NCBI GenBank assembly: GCA_965223905.1
Contig: CBDCXV010000010.1
Coordinates: 1,856,001-1,920,000, forward strand
DNA: 64,000 nt
DNA from: Candidatus Latescibacterota bacterium
GTDB lineage: Bacteria > Latescibacterota > UBA2968 > UBA8231
Reading direction: 5' to 3'
Position 1 is the stretch's first letter, and each line of letters starts with the position of its first letter. The translations under genes and the position numbers were made by a program. This document shows, piece by piece, positions 61,599 through 64,000 of the stretch. The notes beneath the pieces were generated by a model. It saw only the letters and a program-made list of their open reading frames with translations. It did not search any database and was not told the origin of the DNA.

Positions 61599-63923
61599 AT
61601 GATAATTATTGAAAAACGAGTCCCGTTCCCGCGTCCCATTGTTTCGCTCCTGGGTATGTGTCCCCTCCTGCTGCTGCATTGCGGGCCTCCCGACGAACAG
61701 CAGGCGGCCGGTACCCGGCGCATGGCCGAGCGTCTCGAGGAGATCGCCCGGAACGCCGACCCGGCGACGCACGCTTATGTGAACGCCCGGCGGGTGAAGT
61801 ACTATCGCGATCGAGTCGAGCACCTGCGCGAGTCGGTGGCCGCCATGGATCCCCGCGGCAAGGTCCAGATCCTGAATGCCCGCTTCTCGTATGCCAGCGA
61901 ACTCCTGAGGGCCGGTCATTCCGAGGACGCAGTGAAAGAGTACCGGGAGCTTCTGGCAGTGAAAGAGTACCGGGAGCTTCGGACTGAGGCCGATCGCCGG
62001 TTCCGGCCGACTCTGCAGATGCTCGTCGGGGTGTCCTACCTCCGCCTCGGAGAACAGGAGAACTGCATCCTGCAACACACGATCGATTCCTGCCTGCTGC
62101 CGATTCGGGAGACCGGCGTCCACCAGGCCCAGCGCGGATCGCGGGCGGCCCTGAGGGAGTTTCTCGAAGTCCTGAGCGGGAATCCGCGGGACCTGTCGGC
62201 CCGCTGGCTGCTCAATATCGCCTACATGACGTTGGGCGAGTACCCCCGTGAGGTGCCCTCCAACTACCTGATTCCTCCCGAGCTGTTCGAATCCGACTAC
62301 GACATCGGGCATTTCGACGACGTCGCCCTTGCGCTGGGGCTCGACGTGGTGGGGCTTGCAGGTGGCGCCGTCATGGAAGACTTCGACGGTGACGGACACC
62401 TCGACATCATGGCCTCCTCGTCGGGACTGCGAGACCAGCTTCGCTACTTCCGCAACGGTGGAGACGGCACCTTTGCCGACCTCACCGAACAGGCCGGACT
62501 GGCCGGCATCGTCGGGGGGCTGAATGCCCTGCAGGCAGATTACGACAACAACGGTTTCGCCGACGTGCTGATTCTGCGCGGCGCCTGGCTCGGCGCCGAC
62601 GGTCACTATCCCAATTCACTGCTGTCCAATCTCGGGGATGGACGGTTCGTCGATGTTACCGAAGCGGCCGGCCTGCTCGCTGCGCACCCGACCCAAACGG
62701 CCGCCTGGGGCGACTACGACAACGACGGTTGGGTGGATCTGTTCGTGGGCAACGAATCCGTCGGCGAGGATACACTCGCATGCGAACTGTTCCGCAACGG
62801 GGGCGACGCCGATCGAGACCCGGTTCGCTTCAGCGATGTGGCCGAGGAAGCGGGAGTCGCGGTCGTCGGTTATGTAAAGGGGGTCGTTTGGGGCGACTAC
62901 GACAACGACGGACTCGTGGACTTGTACGTGTCGCGTCTATTCGCCGATCCCAACCTCCTCTTGCGCAACGAAGGGGAGGATGCCCATGGCCGGTGGCGTT
63001 TCACCGATGTGACGGCGACGGCAGGAGTTCCCGGACCGACCTACAGTTTTCCGACCTGGTTCTGGGACTACGACAACGATGGCTGGCAGGACATCTTCGT
63101 CGCCGGGTTCAAAGGCGATGTGGCTGACGTCGCCGCCGACTATCTCGGTCTGCCGCACAACGCCGAAGAACCGCGTCTCTACCGCAACAACGGAGACGGC
63201 ACATTTGCCGACGTGACACGCGAGGCCGGACTCGACGAGCCGCTGATAGCCATGGGCAGCAACTTCGGCGACCTCGATAACGACGGATTCCCCGACTGCT
63301 ACATCGGCACGGGCGACCCGTACATGGTGACCATCGTTCCCAACCGCATGTTTCGCAACGCCGCCGGCCGGTTCTTTCAGGACGTCACCACGTCAGGTGG
63401 GTTCGGGCATCTGCAGAAGGGTCACGGCGTCGCCTTCGGCGACATCGATCACGACGGCGATCAGGACGTCTTTGCCGTTATGGGTGGCGCGTACACGGGC
63501 GATGTCTATCAGAACGTCCTCTTCAGAAACCCCGGACACGGCAACCGCTGGATCAAGCTCAGACTCGAAGGCCGTCGCTCAAACCGCGCCGCGATCGGGG
63601 CGCGCGTCGTCGTGCGCGTGAATACGGCGGACGGAGTTCGCGAGATTCACTCGACGGTGAGCAGCGGGGGCAGTTTCGGCGCCTCGACCCTGCAGCGGGA
63701 AATCGGCCTGGGGCAGGCTACCTCCATTCGCGCAATCGAAGTTTTCTGGCCCGCCAGCGGTGACGTGCAGGTCTTTGAGAATGTCGAAATGGGCCAGACC
63801 CTCGTCATTCGCGAGGGGGACCCCCTTCCGACCGCGCTCAGGTTCGAGCCCTTCGAGATTCCTGGCATGGACGGGTCGGGGCAGCACGAGCACGCCCGCC
63901 ATGGGCCTGGCCACCAGGACTAG
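61599..63923 (+). CDS. CRTAC1 / FG-GAP repeat ASPIC-UnbV protein
   Basis: Repeated DYDNDG/DFDGDG, GHLQKGHG and SNRAAIGARV..GLG. Start uncertain. Confidence 0.85.
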   Translation: MIIIEKRVPFPRPIVSLLGMCPLLLLHCGPPDEQQAAGTRRMAERLEEIARNADPATHAYVNARRVKYYRDRVEHLRESVAAMDPRGKVQILNARFSYASELLRAGHSEDAVKEYRELLAVKEYRELRTEADRRFRPTLQMLVGVSYLRLGEQENCILQHTIDSCLLPIRETGVHQAQRGSRAALREFLEVLSGNPRDLSARWLLNIAYMTLGEYPREVPSNYLIPPELFESDYDIGHFDDVALALGLDVVGLAGGAVMEDFDGDGHLDIMASSSGLRDQLRYFRNGGDGTFADLTEQAGLAGIVGGLNALQADYDNNGFADVLILRGAWLGADGHYPNSLLSNLGDGRFVDVTEAAGLLAAHPTQTAAWGDYDNDGWVDLFVGNESVGEDTLACELFRNGGDADRDPVRFSDVAEEAGVAVVGYVKGVVWGDYDNDGLVDLYVSRLFADPNLLLRNEGEDAHGRWRFTDVTATAGVPGPTYSFPTWFWDYDNDGWQDIFVAGFKGDVADVAADYLGLPHNAEEPRLYRNNGDGTFADVTREAGLDEPLIAMGSNFGDLDNDGFPDCYIGTGDPYMVTIVPNRMFRNAAGRFFQDVTTSGGFGHLQKGHGVAFGDIDHDGDQDVFAVMGGAYTGDVYQNVLFRNPGHGNRWIKLRLEGRRSNRAAIGARVVVRVNTADGVREIHSTVSSGGSFGASTLQREIGLGQATSIRAIEVFWPASGDVQVFENVEMGQTLVIREGDPLPTALRFEPFEIPGMDGSGQHEHARHGPGHQD

Positions 63924-64000
63924 CCCGTGGCTGGAGCTGAAGTCCATTGCATTGTGAGCGAACCTTCGAGCTGTCCCACGGCCGTATGCACCATGGGCTC

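Noticed and set aside
1-64000. CRISPR array, rRNA or tRNA
   Set aside because: No regularly spaced repeats and no recognisable stable RNA genes were seen.

Overview
GC-rich bacterial accessory region with no core genes, rRNA, tRNA or CRISPR seen. The gene families suggest a Latescibacterota/Gemmatimonadota-like organism, which is inference only. The window is a patchwork of intact genes and many 5'- or 3'-truncated fragments. Recurrent families are: 5 copies of a ~650-aa OPT-like inner-membrane transporter (DUF6785/DUF6784-type), 5 GH32/GH43-like beta-propeller proteins, 2 sialidase-like BNR proteins, 3 mosaic ~850-aa secreted glycan-active-like paralogs and 4 pieces of a PKD-domain gene family. 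There are also two TA modules (vapBC, mazEF). Mobile DNA includes two apparently identical IS1380 copies, one ISL3, IS110 and IS481 remnants, and a 150-bp MITE. The most striking pattern is nine (possibly ten) IS91/ISCR-type oriIS ends (...TCCTATAC), in two sequence families, sitting at segment junctions. Some are carried on a 4-copy non-autonomous mini-element and some bracket cargo as direct repeats, while no intact rolling-circle transposase is present in the window. This suggests a gene-capture and shuffling array built by rolling-circle transposition. All family assignments are from motif recall, not database searches.
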